Shown in pieces: positions 62,629-64,000 of a stretch of 64,000 nucleotides of DNA (position 1 is the stretch's first letter; each line of letters starts with the position of its first letter). Made by a program: the position numbers and the translations under genes. Origin of the DNA: Nitrospinota bacterium (GTDB lineage: Bacteria; Nitrospinota; Nitrospinia; JACRGO01); NCBI GenBank assembly GCA_016212295.1, contig JACRGO010000237.1, positions 215 through 64,214 of the forward strand, given 5' to 3'. Under the pieces are notes generated by a model that made no database searches, was not told where the DNA came from, and worked only from the letters and a program-made list of their open reading frames with translations.

Positions 62629-62838
62629 TATGGATATCCTCCGTTGTTGGGTTGTTTGAAAGCAGATAAATGACAAAAAAATATTCCTTGGCTGACACCT
62701 CCTTCCAAAAAATTTTGGTAACAATTCACGGCGCGGCCTTTGGCCGCAACCAAAGGGAAAACATGAGCCTCTCGATTCCCTCACGATTTTCTCACGATTT
62801 TAAAATAGTTTTTTAAATCGAGAAGTAATCATGAAGCT

Positions 62839-63130
62839 AAAAATTGTAATAGTTCAGCCCTGTCTAATCCACCTGTCTGTGTGCGGACACGCACAGGCAG
62901 GAATGAGCTGTTATACTGGTTTTTAATAACTCCGCCATTTATGGCGGAGAAACGAAAACAACTACCCGGCTTTAGCCATGACTTTACTGCCCGCGCTTCG
63001 TGCGCCAGAGCGCGTCGCGCGCTGACAGGCAAATATAGTCAGGGCTAAAGCCCTACTTAGTTTGTTCACAGGCTCCAGCCTGAAGGCTGGAGTTAATAAC
63101 TGTCCATAAGGGTGAACTATTACAAAAATT
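62839..63130. mobile_element. MITE-like structured element with 12-19-bp terminal inverted repeats (TGTAATAGTTCA)
   Basis: The left arm 'aaaaattgtaatagttca' (62839-62856) is the reverse complement of the right arm 'tgaactattacaaaaattttt' (63113-63130). The interior is a chain of hairpins. There is no coding capacity. Confidence 0.55.
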
Positions 63131-63185
63131 TTTGGGCAGAGCGAAGAATCTCAAGCCTTTCATGTTTCACCGAGAATTGCTGTTT

Positions 63186-64000
63186 CTATTGGTCCTTCTT
63201 TTTTTGGCGTTTTTGGTGGTCTTTAAGTTGCCCGTTTTTTTGGGTTATATAATTTTTCTTGTCCTGGGATAGGGGGGCGGAGGCAAGCCAGGATTCCAAT
63301 GATTCAAAGGACCAGCCTGAAAAGAAATCCTCCTTGAGCGCGGCCTCCAGTTTTTGTCCCGCCTCTTTGACGTCTCGTCCCAGGGCGGCAAGGGCTACGC
63401 ATTGCAGATACAGGGCAATGGCCCGGTCTTTTCTTTCCCCGGCTATTTTCAGAGTTTTGGGAATAATGGCCAGGGCATTTTCATATTGATTCTGAATGAT
63501 ATAAAACTCGGTAAGGTTGTTGTAAGGCTTGGCGTCTTCCGGATGGAGTTCAATGGCCTTGTAAAAGTCCTGTATGGCCTTGTCATACTCCTTGAGATAT
63601 CTATAGGCGCTGCTCGTGTAGTCGCGAGCCGAGGCGTCTTTCGGATCGAGTTCAATGGCCTTGTCAAAGTCCCGTATGGCCTTGTCATACTCCTTGAGAT
63701 CGATATAGGCGTCTCCTCTGTTGCTGTAAGCCGAGGTGTCTTTCGGATTGAGTTTAATGGCCTCGCCATAGTCCCGTATGGCCTTGTCATACTCCTTGGA
63801 CAAGCGATAGGCATTTCCTCTGTTGTTGTAAACCGAGGCGTACTTTGGATCGAGTTCAATGGCCTTATCATAGTCCCGTATGGCCTTGTAGTACTCCGTG
63901 AGATTGCTATAGACGCTTCCTCTGTTGTTGTAAGCCGAGGCGTATTTTGGATCGAGTTCAATAGCTTTGCCGTAGTCCCGTATGGCCTCGTCATACCTCT
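63186..64000 (-). CDS. TPR-repeat protein (partial, continues beyond the window end) built from near-identical 102-bp tandem repeats
   Basis: 'YDKAIRDYGEAIKLNPKDTSAYSNRGDAYIDLKE' units repeat at least five times. The same frame stays open to position 64000. The overlapping ORF 63449..63994 in another frame is repeat-driven and spurious. Confidence 0.65.
   Translation of the reverse strand, partial: RYDEAIRDYGKAIELDPKYASAYNNRGSVYSNLTEYYKAIRDYDKAIELDPKYASVYNNRGNAYRLSKEYDKAIRDYGEAIKLNPKDTSAYSNRGDAYIDLKEYDKAIRDFDKAIELDPKDASARDYTSSAYRYLKEYDKAIQDFYKAIELHPEDAKPYNNLTEFYIIQNQYENALAIIPKTLKIAGERKDRAIALYLQCVALAALGRDVKEAGQKLEAALKEDFFSGWSFESLESWLASAPLSQDKKNYITQKNGQLKDHQKRQKKKDQ

Noticed and set aside
62839-63130. 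Retron msr-msd ncRNA (inverted a1/a2-like termini plus stem-loops)
   Set aside because: There is no reverse-transcriptase ORF adjacent on either strand within the window. The element fits a MITE equally well.
63449-63994. 181-aa ORF 'MTRPYGT...' with internal repeats
   Set aside because: It is an alternative frame of the TPR tandem repeats. The TPR frame is the biologically coherent one.

Overview
This 64-kb chromosomal window comes from a bacterium with a mosaic genome of roughly 50 % GC. The backbone carries housekeeping genes. These include a split F1Fo ATP synthase operon (atpZ-F-H-A-G-[orf]-D-C, 16.4-22.7 kb), lysC, a TrpE/PabB-family synthase, uppP, rtcB, an ECF sigma factor and a methyl-accepting chemotaxis protein (MCP) whose sensor domain has a CxxCH heme motif. 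The window also holds several accessory regions:
- a glycan or peptide-modification cluster at 1.2-8.9 kb (YkgJ-like protein, ATP-grasp enzyme, radical SAM/SPASM enzyme, glycosyltransferases, FAD oxidoreductase and a Maf/DUF115-like protein);
- an AT-rich islet at 24.9-29.4 kb (a MITE, a DUF3800-like gene behind a GC-rich hairpin-dense leader, an orphan RHH antitoxin and a hicBA pair);
- a frameshifted STAND-NTPase/SARP regulator at 33.7-37.0 kb;
- a defense-like island at 44.7-51.5 kb that starts at a tRNA-Pro 3' half-fragment (a COG3183N-DUF3883 protein, an orphan DNA-methyltransferase C-terminal fragment, a split Schlafen/AlbA_2 COG2865 protein and a RelE-like-UvrD helicase fusion);
- a cluster of six or seven envelope lipoproteins at 56.0-62.8 kb with two CsgG/LpoB-fold paralogs.
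The intergenic space is unusually full of repeat families, described in the findings. Four genes are split by frameshifts. These are either pseudogenes or homopolymer sequencing errors. No CRISPR array, rRNA or intact tRNA was seen. All calls rest on reading the supplied ORF translations and the DNA by eye. No database search was possible.
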